Assembly: GCF_000181795.1 (NCBI RefSeq)
Contig: NW_003526943.1
Location: 4,119,228-4,183,227, forward strand
Source: Trichinella spiralis
Taxonomy: Eukaryota
Length of the DNA: 64,000 nt
Direction of reading: 5' to 3'
Shown: positions 13,825-27,129 of the stretch, piece by piece
Layout of the letters: each line of letters begins with the position of its first letter
Position numbering within the stretch: the stretch's first letter is position 1
Notes under the pieces: model-generated
What the model was told of the DNA's origin: nothing
The model's database searches: none
Seen by the model: only the letters and a program-made list of their open reading frames with translations
Translations under genes and position numbers: made by a program

Positions 13825-14399
13825 TGCCGACCAACTGACGAACGCTCAAAAACCAAACCACAACAGCAACGCAACAACAACAACAACAAGGGCGACGTAA
13901 CTTTTCACTTGGAACTGCTTGATTATTATAGAACTGCTGTCAGCGAACTTCGCGTGGGCGGTAAAACGGATGTACATTCACCATCACAGCTGTTATCCGC
14001 TTTTCAACTAAAACAAATGTCGTTGTCGCTTCTTGCAACAACCCAACTTTCAGCAGATGTTGCGTTGATTTGGAAATTTAACGAACAATAATAATAAGTC
14101 CTCTTCTTCACTAGTTGTGCAAAAATTATAATCGAACCTCAAACGTTATTAATTGACGAATTGCGCAGAATTCATTAAAATCAAAACAAAATTTAAATTA
14201 AGTGAACAAACAGCATGACTCGGAATCTTCAAATGATTTTCATAAATGAATTCTTTTTTGTTTTTTCAATAATATACATACATGTATATAGACTTATAAT
14301 CAGATCATTAAAAATATGGACTTAAAATTTTAAGTTTATTATTGAGTAAATAATAAATTATTGCACTATAGAATTATTTTCAAACTTAAAACCAAACTG

Positions 14400-16052
14400 T
14401 CAACTTTTGGAACAAACAATTGCTGTTTTAACCACTCCCGTATGTGAAGCATCCCGTAAAGAATAAGTAAAAGTGTCGAAACCATGACAAGCGGCGCCAA
14501 CGTGGCCGTAACGATTTGCAGCAATTATTGCTCCTTTAAAAGTCGGATATTTTTTCGCAACACGACTTATAGCATCCATTGCAGCTTCTGTGGGTGTCAT
14601 ACTTGTGCGCATGTTTTCAACTGCTTGATAACTGTTTTTTAATATAAAAAGCCAATACATTCATTCGAGAAAAATTTTTGTACCATTTTCTCATTTTCTT
14701 ACCTTGGAAGCATCCGCATCAAAATGTCACCATCTCCTGTTGCACAGGCAGCTCCTACGTCGTTGTCGACAAAAGCACCAGAGCCAGGTATTGGAGAGTC
14801 GCCGACGCGACTGCGATTTAGAAAACAGCAATGAAGAATTATTATACATATACACATGAAAAATTCAACACTAGTAATACATTTATGTATTTTAAAATCA
14901 TCAGTTTTATCAATCATTTGAGATTGAATTTTTCACTCACAAAAGTAATTTGCAACTGAAATTATTACCCAGGAATTTTATAGCGCATGCCATTGGTAGA
15001 AGTGCCTGCACTGATTTCTTCTCCGTGAATGGCAATCATACCTATAGTGTCGTGAGAGTCAATTTGTGCATGTGACCAATCGTCAATGTTATCTGTTTGT
15101 AACAGTGGAGTATAAGGACCACAGTTTTTGCTTGGATCAGGAATGACGTTCTAAAAGTGCAAAAAATTACGCACTAAAATTATACACCTCAAGAAATGAA
15201 AATCTCTCCGTCTGAATCAATTTGGTCAATGTTGAAAGTATTCGGCAAAAGCAGCAGCTAGTTTAAAATATCTTACTTTTCGATAATTCGGTTGGCAATT
15301 ACCTTCTACCCATGTTTTCCACATCTGAGTCGACTCTGGAGTATGCAAATCGGATTCGGAAAATCCCATTTCAAGAGCAAAACTAGTAGCTAAAAGCGAA
15401 TATAAAAAATTAAATAAAAATTGTACTTCTTTAAAAAAACAATAAACTCGTTATATTTAAACAATTCACTTTAACATTACCTGCTTCACCAACAAGCAGT
15501 GTGTGCTTTGTATATTTCATTACAGCAGCGGCAACACGAATTGCTTCTTTAATGCGTTTCAAACTTGCAACAGCACCGACATCCCCAGTAGGCCTGATGA
15601 TGAATTGAAACGCCGTTAAAGTATTGCGCATAGCAAAACTGTGATCAAACCCGTGAATCACTAAAGCATCCAGTGTTGTCTCACCAAATTCGTTCGGCGA
15701 ACCACCGTAGCCAACGGTACCATCACATTGCAATTCTTGGCACACACTACAACCAACCAGCACTGCTTCCAAAGTGTCTCCATTGAGCTGAATTTGGTCC
15801 CAAGCTGCATTTGCAATGTAAAAAACACAATAAACAAATAAAAAATAGAACAAGAACTCCTTAACCTGCTTCTGTAGCTTGTATAAAGCCCGATGTCGCC
15901 CAAGTAGTTATTACTAGTGATACATTTGACATTTTATGCTGAAATTGACCTCCCGATTGCTGTCCAAAATTCATAAAAAAGGAGGACAATACCATAAAGA
16001 AGCAGATCAACGTCAGACGTAGAGAAGGCATTTGATGAAAAGCAACATGCAT
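14400..16052 (-). CDS. AGA: N(4)-(beta-N-acetylglucosaminyl)-L-asparaginase (aspartylglucosaminidase), 7 exons
   Basis: Exons ~16052-15866, 15804-15651, 15593-15481, 15389-15277, 15150-14969, 14810-14703, 14631-14400. Signal peptide; motifs [42 protein letters not shown] (Ntn nucleophile Thr), [31 protein letters not shown]. Start could instead be the Met at 16031. Confidence 0.95.
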
Positions 16053-16734
16053 CTATTCACTATAATCCAAAAATACAACTTTGAAAAATTAGCGACTCTT
16101 ATTAAAAAATCATTGCTGAGATAACTTATGCTGAAAAATTGTTTAAATTTTATTGATATACATTTCATTCATAGCAATACATGCAAAATGCATGACTGAA
16201 CAAATAAGTTAATTTGATACTTCTTGAACTTTAAAAAAAACTAATATGCATTACATAAAAAACATTTTTTAACTGTAACAAAAACAAAATGGTCGAGCTA
16301 TTTAAAAAGATTGTAGTACAAAGAAAGGGTATATTTTAGTAGAAATTTTACAGCAAAATTTCAAAATAAGAAAAACTTTCAAGAATAGTACTAAAAACGT
16401 GATTACAAAAAGAAAATTAAGTTACCATACAGTACGAATGAAGCTTAAAGTCTGACAGGTTATCGTTCTGCTTTTGATTATCATTATCTCTTCAAGGAAA
16501 TGCAATGCAGTTCAATATGAAAAATTTATTTAAACACAATCTCAAAAATTTACTTTGAATAATAAAAGTTTAAGCAGTACAAAAAAGCACGAACATGTGA
16601 TTTAAGAGTTAAAAATATTTAAAAAGAACAACCAGCAAATATTCATTTCGGCAAGCAAAATTAAACATAACTTGTCAATTTTAAAACAAAGAAAGGTAAT
16701 AAATATGCAGTAATAAAATAAGTTCTAATAAATT

Positions 16735-17737
16735 CTAAAGCAGTTGACTAAAACCTTGTCGTAAATGTAAGGCAAATTTTATCCAATCCATAGATTGATT
16801 CAATTCTTCAACCAACAAATTTGCATTTTCCAGAGATGGCTTTGTAGACATAACTAAAAATAAAGCAAAATTTAAAATAAAAAAAACAGCTGTACATTAC
16901 TTATTTGTTACGTTCGTAATGATCATCTAATTCTTTCATTACAATTTTGCACCATACTGAAGGAAAACGCGGACTAAGACGAGAAAACAGTATCTCCAAA
17001 CAATCAAAAATACCTGTATCACTTTCTAAACCAATACAGAATAAATCAAAATTCAAGCTATTCGTTTATTTTTAATTAAAAACCTGAAGTGAAGCAACGA
17101 ACTTTCAGGCCCATTACATTGTCAAAAAACTTTGTCCGCATTTTGTAAATAAACATATCACGCTTTTCCTTGGAAATTTTTTCTGAAAAAAAGACATAAA
17201 TAATTTAAATGATAAACTGATTTATATAAATCAAAATTTACCAGATTCATTTTCATCACTTTTGATTAACTGCAATAACTGCCTTTTCTTGCAGCAACAG
17301 TCCAACGCCAAGTACAATTGGTCAGTAAGAACTGCTTCTTCTTTATTTAATTTATCAATTTTGCTCAGAAGTAAATCTCTTTCTGAAATTGTTACTCGAA
17401 ATAAAAAAATGAAATTCACTAACTTTAACTAACCTTCTTTCAGCTGTTTCAATTTCAGCGTTAAAAAGTTATGCGATTCAGCCATAAATGGTTGTTTTCC
17501 AATATTAGCTTGAATATTAAATGAAACAAAAATATTACAATGCGTGAAATATTATCAACAAAAACCCTAACATTTAAAAATAAAGTATACTTGTCAATAA
17601 ATGATAATATAAAATAATTTACCCGATTCATTCTTTATGAAAAACACCTCGGAACATAACTGAGCAGTGGACTGCATCAATTCCAAATTATCCAATTCCG
17701 TTTCATGTTCACTGCTTTTTTCCACCGTTTCGTCCAT
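16735..17737 (-). CDS. SPC25: Kinetochore Ndc80-complex subunit Spc25, 6 exons
   Basis: Manual splicing gives an N-terminal coiled coil, then FFDNVMGLKVRCFTSESDTGIFDCLEILFSRLSPRFPSVWCKIVMKELDDHYELMSTKPSLENANLLVEELNQSMDWIKFALHLRQGFSQLL*, matching the Spc25 RWD-like pattern (LGLxI...LxFxFxxIxP...YxVxxxxPxL...LNxxxxxxxFxxxxRxxF). Confidence 0.8.
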
Positions 17738-19012
17738 TTTTATCTGTTGACATATTTAAAAACATTAAAATTAAATTGATAAACTGAACAATTAATTTAA
17801 TTTTAAAATTAATGAAGGCGGATGAAATGGATGCACAGTAAACATTTCGCTACGAAACTACATATACAGTGAATCAGAATAATGGCAAACGAAAACATTG
17901 AAGTATGGTAATTTAAGCATAAACAAATCAAATTGATTCGTATAATCATATAAATCATATAAAATAAAAGCCTATTTATGGTCTACCTAAAATCATTAAT
18001 GCTACTAATGCATGAATTTATGAATGTAACAGCAATTAAAGATGTGTACTTCAGCATTTACGTCGAAAATCATATAAATTCAAAACGCACAGTATCATCT
18101 AGCCTAAAGAAAACCAAAAAGATAATAAATTTAAAGCATGCAGTCTGAAAAATAAAAAAATTCCAGAAAAATCGTAGTTTCATAACACATCTTAGTGATG
18201 ACCACACTTCTAATTTGAATGGTCGTACATGATTTTCAGGTACAATTTGTATATGAGAATGTATAGTAAAAAATATGAGTTGTATAAATTAAGTGAGATA
18301 AAATAAAAAACAAAATATTTATTATTTTTAAAAAAACTTGTCGAAAATACTGCGAATTTAATGTTAAATTACTTTTTTTAGTTTTTGAGAAATAATGCAA
18401 TAATGCATTTTAAGCTAATTGCTGTAAATACTAGAAAAAATAAAAATAGTTATGCAATAAATAGAATATTAATGATAAATAAAACATAATTTTAATAATC
18501 TTTTGGCTTAACAAAAGTTTTTTATATAGTCTTTAGTTATTATAGTCTTATTTTGGGTAATTTCATCAAGTACTTGCTTTAAGGCAACTGATTTAGCTTA
18601 TAAAAATGCGGTTATTTCTGAATTTTTATTGAAAAAATGTTGCAGTCTTTTCCATACTAACATTAAATATTGAAACATGCAGTTTTTTGAATATATATGC
18701 ATTATATAACAATGTATTAGCATATTTGCATATTTAATTTTATTAATTTATGCTATAATTAGGATTTTTTCATGAACGAAGTGATTTTCATTAAGTCGCA
18801 TGCTGATCCCACATAATTTAGCACGTTAATAGTATATATTTAAAGCTTATTTTGATTGGTTTACATACAAATGATACTACTTTAAATTTCACATCAAAGC
18901 TGTCCAGTTTAAAACTTTCTTTAAAATTTTAAACTATACGAAGTAATTTCAAAGTGAAATTCATTGTTTATAAAGTTTGTTAAATAGTGAGAGGGAATGA
19001 AAGGCTATACAT

Positions 19013-20687
19013 ATGGATCTGTTCAAGGAAAGCAGACATCGTACAGTAATAGAATTCTTCGCTGGAAAGATGAATCTGGTAGGGAACAGACTATATCCCG
19101 ATAAAAGATTAGGTGTATGTTTCATACATTTGGCCAATGACAATTTTTTTCATTTCTGCTGGAAGGATCGTAAAACCGGAATAATTGAAGACGTAAATGC
19201 ATAACATCTAATATTTTTAATGGGCGCCTATACTCGCATTTTAATATAAATATTCTTAAAGAATCGTTTTCTTACATTTTGCTATGATATTCTTTACCAT
19301 ACGTCAATAATGGTTTTTACTATTTTAAGGATATCCTCATACTCCCCGGATTGGGAAGATTCAGTAAAGTAAAATGCAGTACTGGCTTAGTATTTAAATT
19401 GGAATTAAAAGTTTTAAAAATTGTAAAATTTTATTGGATCCAAGTAAGTAAATGTCATGTTTTACTATCAAAATACTATTTGTATTTTTTCAAATAAAAT
19501 GCGATACATTTTAGTTTAAATGAATAAAATTGATTTAGGTAAAAAACAGTTACTCTTTTTATCTCTAATTTGTTTTTAGTATACAAAAAGATCTCAAAAC
19601 ACGGTCATAGAGGAGAAAGTAAACGAATTTTTCAATTTTCATACTCTGAAATTTACGAATTTTACTGCAGAAGGTAATTTATCAGTTTGATTCTTGTCAT
19701 TTATTTAATTTTATCAAAAAAATTTCCTACATCGTTTTAGCTCAATTTAAAGAAAAGCTTTTTATTTGCTAAATATTTTTTAATATAATGAAAGCTGTTT
19801 TTGTTACTTAAAAAATACTATTGAATTTATTTGAGATTTATTTATGATATATGGAATGGATCCTCCAGAAAATTTGTCAAAATCCCCAATTTACTTAGAA
19901 TGTGCACCAAACAAGGAATTAGAAGATTCTGATTCTATTGATTCTGATGGTAACAATAGACTGTTCACATATTTGCACAACCAAATAATGGTATATATGT
20001 ATTTACATATTTATTAGAATCTTTCATGCAAATGTTAGAGCAAGTTAGAAAAGTTTTCTCCTATATGGAAAAGCAACTTTCTTCTGAAAAGTTCCATGTC
20101 CAATTTACAGAAGGATCACCACCAATGCTCAAACTTCGAAAGCGTAATAATCAACCTGTGACTAAAAAAGAAGGCTTAAAAGAGGATTATTCAGATTATG
20201 AGGCCGACGACGAGGACACCACTACTAAGTTTATAAATATTTTTTTTTAAATATAACTTAGTCTTTTTTGCATTTCTTACATTTCTTATAATTTAAAAAT
20301 TGAAGTTTTTCATTTTAACTGCAAAATTTTGGCAACTGAAATTTAAATGCTGAATATATTTTAGAAAGCCAAAATCAACTAATAAACCGAAGGACGGCAA
20401 AACTAATTCTTCTAAAGAAAAAGATAAAAGTATGTTTTTTCTATTTTCACAATGCATTACGTAAATGTAATATTAGTAATAATAATAATATAATTTAATA
20501 CTTTAATAAGTAAGTATTTATTTTGAAACATTTTATTTAAACATGAAAAAACAATGTGATTCACTGCATTGCAGATTCGGGCAATTCAAAAACTGAGAAC
20601 CAAAAATCAAATTCCAAATTGGATGAACAACCAAAGAAGAAAGACGATGAGAGCAAAGATAGTAATTCACCAACACAAAATACCTAA
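19013..20687 (+). CDS. Divergent Rpn13/ADRM1-like Pru-domain protein with charged low-complexity C-terminus, ~7 exons
   Basis: Exons 1-2 give IEFFAGKMNLVGNRLYPDKRLGVCFIHLANDNFFHFCWKDRKTGIIEDDILILPGLGRFSKVKCSTGLVFKLELKVLKIVKFYWIQ (Pru signature). Further in-phase exons near 19580, 19836, 20018, 20365 and 20575 end at TAA 20685-20687. Downstream exons are less certain. Confidence 0.75.
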
Positions 20688-21069
20688 AGCACTGCACTAT
20701 TAGCTTTAAAAACATTCTAATAATGGTTTTCAACATTCACTTGTCTGTTAATCTTGCATTATTATGAGTCATCTGCATTACAACTCATAAATTTTTTGTT
20801 TAATCACACAATTTTAAACATATAGAATAAATAAAATAATAAAGTAAAATTCATGTGCTTCTTTTTAATATGTTACGTTAACTGATGAAGCAAAATAAGA
20901 TAACTTGTTAATTTGCAAACAGCTTGAAACAAAACAATTGTTAAATCAGTTTCAGTGAATAATGCAACTCAGTAAAATGGAAACCCATTCTGAATAATAA
21001 ATTTTATTTTGAAACAAACATATACGTTAGGGTAACCAGTCTTAAATAAGCATAAATATTTTAAAAGCC

Positions 21070-24000
21070 CTAAAACTTGAAATCCTTGTACTTCTTCGTG
21101 CTAGATTTCTTATCTTCCGTAGTCTTTCTTTTGCGCTAAAAAATAAAAAACATTTTTAAATAAAAATAGTTGCAATACTGCATTATCACATATAAAATAC
21201 AAAATAAAATTAAACCTATTTTATTTCCTAGAAAAAAAAATCTAAAACACTGTTATTACGGTCGTAAAAAAATCTTATTTCAGGCATAATTAACTAAGTA
21301 AAACCGATTTATAAGTTAATCTTATTTTAGCGAAATAAAAGTTTAGAAAGAAATCATTATGTTATTTAAAAAATTTATAACCTTTTGTTTTGCAGCATGC
21401 TCCGCAACCATATCTGAAAAATCATCTTCTTTTCCCATTTTCTTTAAACCTTCTTCATAACGTTGCTGAAGACCACTGGTGTCTGCTAGATCCAATTCTT
21501 CAGGATTCAAAGATATTTCCACTGCATTGTCAGGTCTTTGATCTTTTTTCGCAGTTGCAGCAGCACTAAGATCATATACATGTGTTGATGCCATCATCTG
21601 CCCAACAATACTCTCCACCTTCTTTTCAGGAAGCAATGTGTATAACGACGGTGTCTCTTTGCTGAAATTTCAGTATTACACAACTGAACGTATAAAACCA
21701 TTTATATAATATCAACTATACCTAGCGTCATCTTGTACTTTCTTCTTTCTCAACTCGATCGCATCTGGTGTTTCAGCGCCGGTGGTTGATATTCCAGTAG
21801 AAATACCACTCGGGGTTATGAGACTATAAAATGATAAACAATAAAAAAGCGATTTTACAAAACTAATCGAATATACCCTTCAGCTGAAGGAACAAAATCT
21901 GCATCTTCTTCTTCTTTTTCCTCATCCTCAGATTCAGTTTCCTCTTCAGTAGAATATTCATCACTTTCCCATTCACCCCAATGCTTCCTTTCGACATCAT
22001 CATCTTCGTTCAATCCCTAAATCCAAGTACAAAAACATAAAGTTACTTCAAATTTCATTTCAGTGCAATCATTAGTGCTTTTTACCGAGTGGCTAGGCAA
22101 ATCTATTCCAAAAACATCTCCGTAAAGTGGACGACCAGCTTCATCTACTGGCGGTTTGCCCCAACCGCCAGCGTGATAACCAAAAGCGCATCCTTCTGGT
22201 ATTGGAGCATTCAAACCAGGTATTTTTAAATTCGGATAGCTTGGTGGTGGACCATAACGTTGCATGGCAATAAGCCACGGAGGTGGATAACGATGTGCAT
22301 TCTAAATATCAAATTCAAAAAAATAACAGTCATTTAACTAGATAATGTGTCATTTAAACTCACAGGTCCAACAGGCATGCCTAGCGCAACTCGAAGATCG
22401 TCGGTTAAATCTCCAGGCTTCTTCTCTCGAAGTTTAGTTTCAAACTCTTTGCCCTGGAAAAAAGTTATTGGCAAAATAACCAAAATTATTTTAAAATTAT
22501 AAATTTAATATACTTCATAATACATATCGCCAATCATGCTCATTTTGGGCCTTATTTGCCATCGGAAAAATGCATCGTGTAACTTTTGATAATCGATGTC
22601 AATCTTCCCCATTTTCGGTCGAATTTTTTCTCGCATCTTAGATTTCATCGACTTCTGATCTTCCTAAAAAAATAACACAAGATGCTTGTGTAAGGAAACA
22701 ATAAATATCTGTCAATTTTTCAAAAATATTAGACCTTCTCTTGTAAAGCCTGCCGCATTTCCATAATGCCTGTTTTTTTAATAAAATCCGGCAAATCGAA
22801 TGCAGGTTTTTCAAAGCCACGTTTTCCAGCTAAATACTTCCTCTTGAAACACCAATGCCTTGGCACTGGAACAGTATTTCTAATTGACTAAAGCAAGTTT
22901 TATAATAAAACAGTCGAAAGGATCCTTAATATTATGCAACCTTCAGATGAACCAACAACTTCGGGTCTTTTGCTGTGACATCATGCCATTCCACTACATC
23001 TGGGCGGCTAGTAGACTAAAATTGATGCAGCTATAAAATAAACATCATATATCCACAAAATTATTTAAAAATTACTGATTTCAATTGACCAATAGAAGGA
23101 CGATTAAGAAGACGTAATTTCTTTTTAGATAATTTCAACTTTCCTGCTTCTTCACGAAGCTTCTCTTGCTTTGCTTCTTCTACATCTTGAACAATACGTT
23201 CAACAATCGCCGCTTTTGGAGCCAAACGCTCACGTGTCCATTGTTCAAATTCTTCACGATCTTTCTCTTCTTTAATTCTATCTTCAGGAGCAGTGAGCTA
23301 AAAAAGAAAAATAATTTAACAGTTGTTTCACAAATACTTATGGCAAAACGAATTACCCTATATGCTTCAAATACTTTTAAGTAATAAAGATACATGGGAT
23401 CTTTTGGATCTAGCTCTTCGGTAACATATCTACAAACAAAAAATATTAACATGTGCAAAACAACAGTTAAAAAAACATACTCAATTTCCACATCTTCCAA
23501 AGCTTCTTCTACACCCGAATCAGAATCACGTTCAATTTCATTAGCAGCATTTTGATTCTGAAGAGCATTGCGCCGCCTTTCCTTCGCTCGCTTTTTTTGT
23601 TCTTTTCTTTTTTGTGTTCGGTTCTAATAAGTAATGTCCAAAAATCATAACATCAGAATTTACATTAAAATATCGAATAATTTAATTCTTATAAAATAAA
23701 TTTAATGAAATGAAAATCAAACAGTCAAAGCATAAATTTAAAAAATCAGTCAAAATCACAATACAATTCAAAATTTCAATTTACAAAAATGAATATTAAT
23801 CTAAATATCTTTCAGTGAAAAATTTCAAACGTTGTAAATCAAGAATAAAAAATAAAAACATATTCTTTTCATAAAATCTTACGCTCCATACTTTTCTATG
23901 CTTATTTTTTGTGTCATTTCCGTTTCCAGAAGCAAGTGAGTTTACCACTGGCTCAGTTACAATTTCAACAACGTCATCTAAAACAATGTTTTATTTCTTT

Positions 24001-24424
24001 AGCCATTTCGGAATTTGAAATAATACGACAAAATTTATCAAAACAAGTTTCTGTGATCAAATTACTGTGACATTCAAACGTATAATTATGTAAAACCATA
24101 ACTTATGGTAAATGATAATCTAAGTCAAATAATTTGCAAAACAATTATGGAAAGATATGCTTAAATTTCTACTAGAAAATACATACAAGAAAATACAAAG
24201 TTTTAATTTTTGAAGTTTAGTTTATAAAAATTTATGATAAAATTTTAAATACTAGAAATTCTTTAATCGAATGTGAAGATGATGCTGATTAAAAAAGCTA
24301 AGGAAATCATGTGCAGAAACAGATAACACAATGAAACAACTGAAATTTAATTAATTTAAAAATTGTACCATATGTTTTCTAATTAAAACATTTAAATTTT
24401 CAATAAAAAAAATTTACCTGCCAT
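21070..24424 (-). CDS. SF3B2: Splicing factor 3B subunit 2 (SAP145), multi-exon
   Basis: Motifs RPDVVEWHDVTAKDPKLLVHLK, NTVPVPRHWCFKRKYLAGKRG, PKMGKIDIDYQKLHDAFFRWQ, PPPWLIAMQRYGPPPSYPNLKIPGLNAPIP, GYHAGGWGKPPVDE, C-terminal KKYKDFKF*. First coding exon ATGGCAG (24424-24418) splices in phase to the exon at ~23977. Confidence 0.95.
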
Positions 24425-25184
24425 AGCTTTGCTGAACTGCAGCGATACTACTACAGTAATCGTCACATAAAACAAAGTACGGTACAATTTGTAATCTCTA
24501 CTAGTAATTTTTTAATTGGTTAAATATTGTCACAATGTCTTTATCAAATGTTATAAAATATTTAATAATTAAATAAATAAAAATTAAATAGAATACATAA
24601 ATTATCTAGAATAATTTTTTTCTAATCAAATAATTTGAAAACTTAAAAAATCAAGATACAGTAAGTACAATTCTAGCAAAAACAGATTATAACAGCCTTT
24701 GAATTATTTAAAAATAATAAAAGTTTTCAACATTTAACAGTATTTTATATTTTAAATTGAAAGTCAATGAATAAAAAACAGTTACGTAATTGCTATTTAT
24801 AAATAAAATGAATATTTATTCAAACATTTATGAGACGTTGGTATTTAAAATATTATTAGCTGTGTTCGTTTAATATGCAAAATAAAGTGTTGCGTTAAGG
24901 TAAATGAAATATTTATGAATTCAATTATCGCTATTAGCAATTTACAAAACTAGCCAAATGATAAAATATACACTCGCGTAGCTAATTAAATTAAATTAAA
25001 TTAAATTAAGTGTTAAACAAGAAACGTATTTAAAGATTTTATTTGTAAAAAATTTGAAGAAAATCGTTTCATAAAGAAATTGGTAAATAAAATAAAAAAA
25101 CATAATTCATGAAAATCAAATATACTATCTTTTTTCTAGATTTGCGCGTATTTCTTATATTGTGAAAACTATTAAGGCATTATC

Positions 25185-27097
25185 ATGCGGTTGATTTCTT
25201 TGAAACTTTCTGTACCAGTATTTGTGAGTGAACTGTTTTATCAGTTGAAGAATGGTAAGTTATTTTTTTACAATGAAGTATTTGAGAACTTGAACATTTT
25301 GTTTTCCATTTTAGAAAAGCATAGTCAATTATCTTGCCGATTTTCTCTCGATGGCGATTGGGTGTGGGTAATCTACATGCGACAATGCTTTGCTTGGAGT
25401 GCTAGAGACGAAAATGTCGTGCTTTATTTTATTTTATTATTGCGCTCATATAAGTTTATGTTGCATTTTTCAGGCAATGTGTTACACTTTATCGTTACCG
25501 CGTTGCGGTTTGAGTTATAATGCAGATTTAGTATATATGTTACCGCCTGCAGCAGTGCAAGGGTACTCATAAGATATTTTTTGGATTTTTTAATAATAGT
25601 CAATGAGATTTGAAGTTTGTGACCTGAATCAAATTGATTCTTCATGATGGAAGAACTGTAAGTCAGTCCGATCTCACATTGTATCTTTCTATATAGAGAC
25701 TTGTCTTCTGATGCGGAAAATTCACCCGGTTGTATTTGCATCAGTCCTGAGGGTGCAATCTGCTATTGGGAATTGGCTTCTCAGTCATCCAAATTTGCTG
25801 AAGCATTTATCGATGCTAAGCATGACGTTTGTCAAGCCCTGAACTGGATTCCAGTACAGATTCTAGAAAATAATAATTTTGCTCTTTTTTCATCATATAA
25901 AACTTTAGGAGACACGTGCTTGTGTGGTAGCCACAGCGTCGGGGTCATTTTATATTTTAAAATTTCCTGACAATATTTTGAATGTACGTTTGTAGCTGCA
26001 ATGTTTGTTAATATTAATGGCTTCTGAATGATTTAAGAAAGCGGCTGCACCTGTACTGCTAGCCAAGAGCACAGACAACATGTTATCAGGCGTTGTCCGT
26101 CGTTTTTCGTCATTTTTTGTATTTACGAACGAATCTAACGAAGTATATATATATTTCAAATTCAGTTTAATTTGAAAAATAGTTCTTTTATTAATTGATT
26201 TTTCAATTCAGTTATTTAATGTTAATTCGCAGTTTGTAAAATAATTTCTTTTAACTGAAGACATACAAAAGATCATGGGCAACGGATTCATTGGGCAATG
26301 GAACATGTGAATTTCTTGGATTGACCAGTCATTCATTGCATTCATGGACAGTCAATGGGAACGATTTACACTTTGCGGTATGTTTAACATTTTAATATGA
26401 AAATTTATAATATTATTATACGTTTATCATTTTAGCTGAAATGGATGATGAAAATAAATGGAGATAATTTAATTGGGCCACATTCTAATTTGTTAATCCA
26501 AGGTGAAAATTTAGTTTCCCTGAATGGTCAGCTTGCAAATGAAACGGCGTTGATAAAAATAGATGTTCAAGACATGGCTGTTTATGGGTAATTTATTTTA
26601 ATTTTTTTCAAGTATTAAATGTTATTTAGCAACGTTGCCCATTTTAAAATATTATGACTTTATCAACTGCAAACGGTCGCTTTCATAATAAGGCGTAAAT
26701 ATGAATGAAAATGATCATTACAGTGCGTAGGACATGAATTTTTTAATGTCATTTAACAGTTATTTTTATAATTTTTAAAATTTATTTAATATACTGATGT
26801 TTGGCAGCAACGTTTTTTGTATGATTTTGAAAATTTTTAAATCGAGTTTCAAAAAATGCTAGGCAACAGTTGGCCGTTTTATCACATGCGAGATTGCTCG
26901 AATCTGGAATCAAAAAAGTTGTCATATGTAAGTTTATACTTGTTTTCTGTTTATTCTAATTTTACATAGTTTAAGCCATTTTTTCGACGAATTCTGAGCA
27001 ATCGGCAAGTTTATCTCGCATAATAGTTCATGATTCTGTGAGTTTTTTTTTATTTTACATATTTGTTACAAATAATTGAATATATATATATATATAT

Positions 27098-27129
<32 letters not shown>

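Noticed and set aside
12664..14091. Several plus-strand and alternative-frame ORFs of 66-169 aa
   Set aside because: Shadow ORFs of the GC-rich 377-aa gene.
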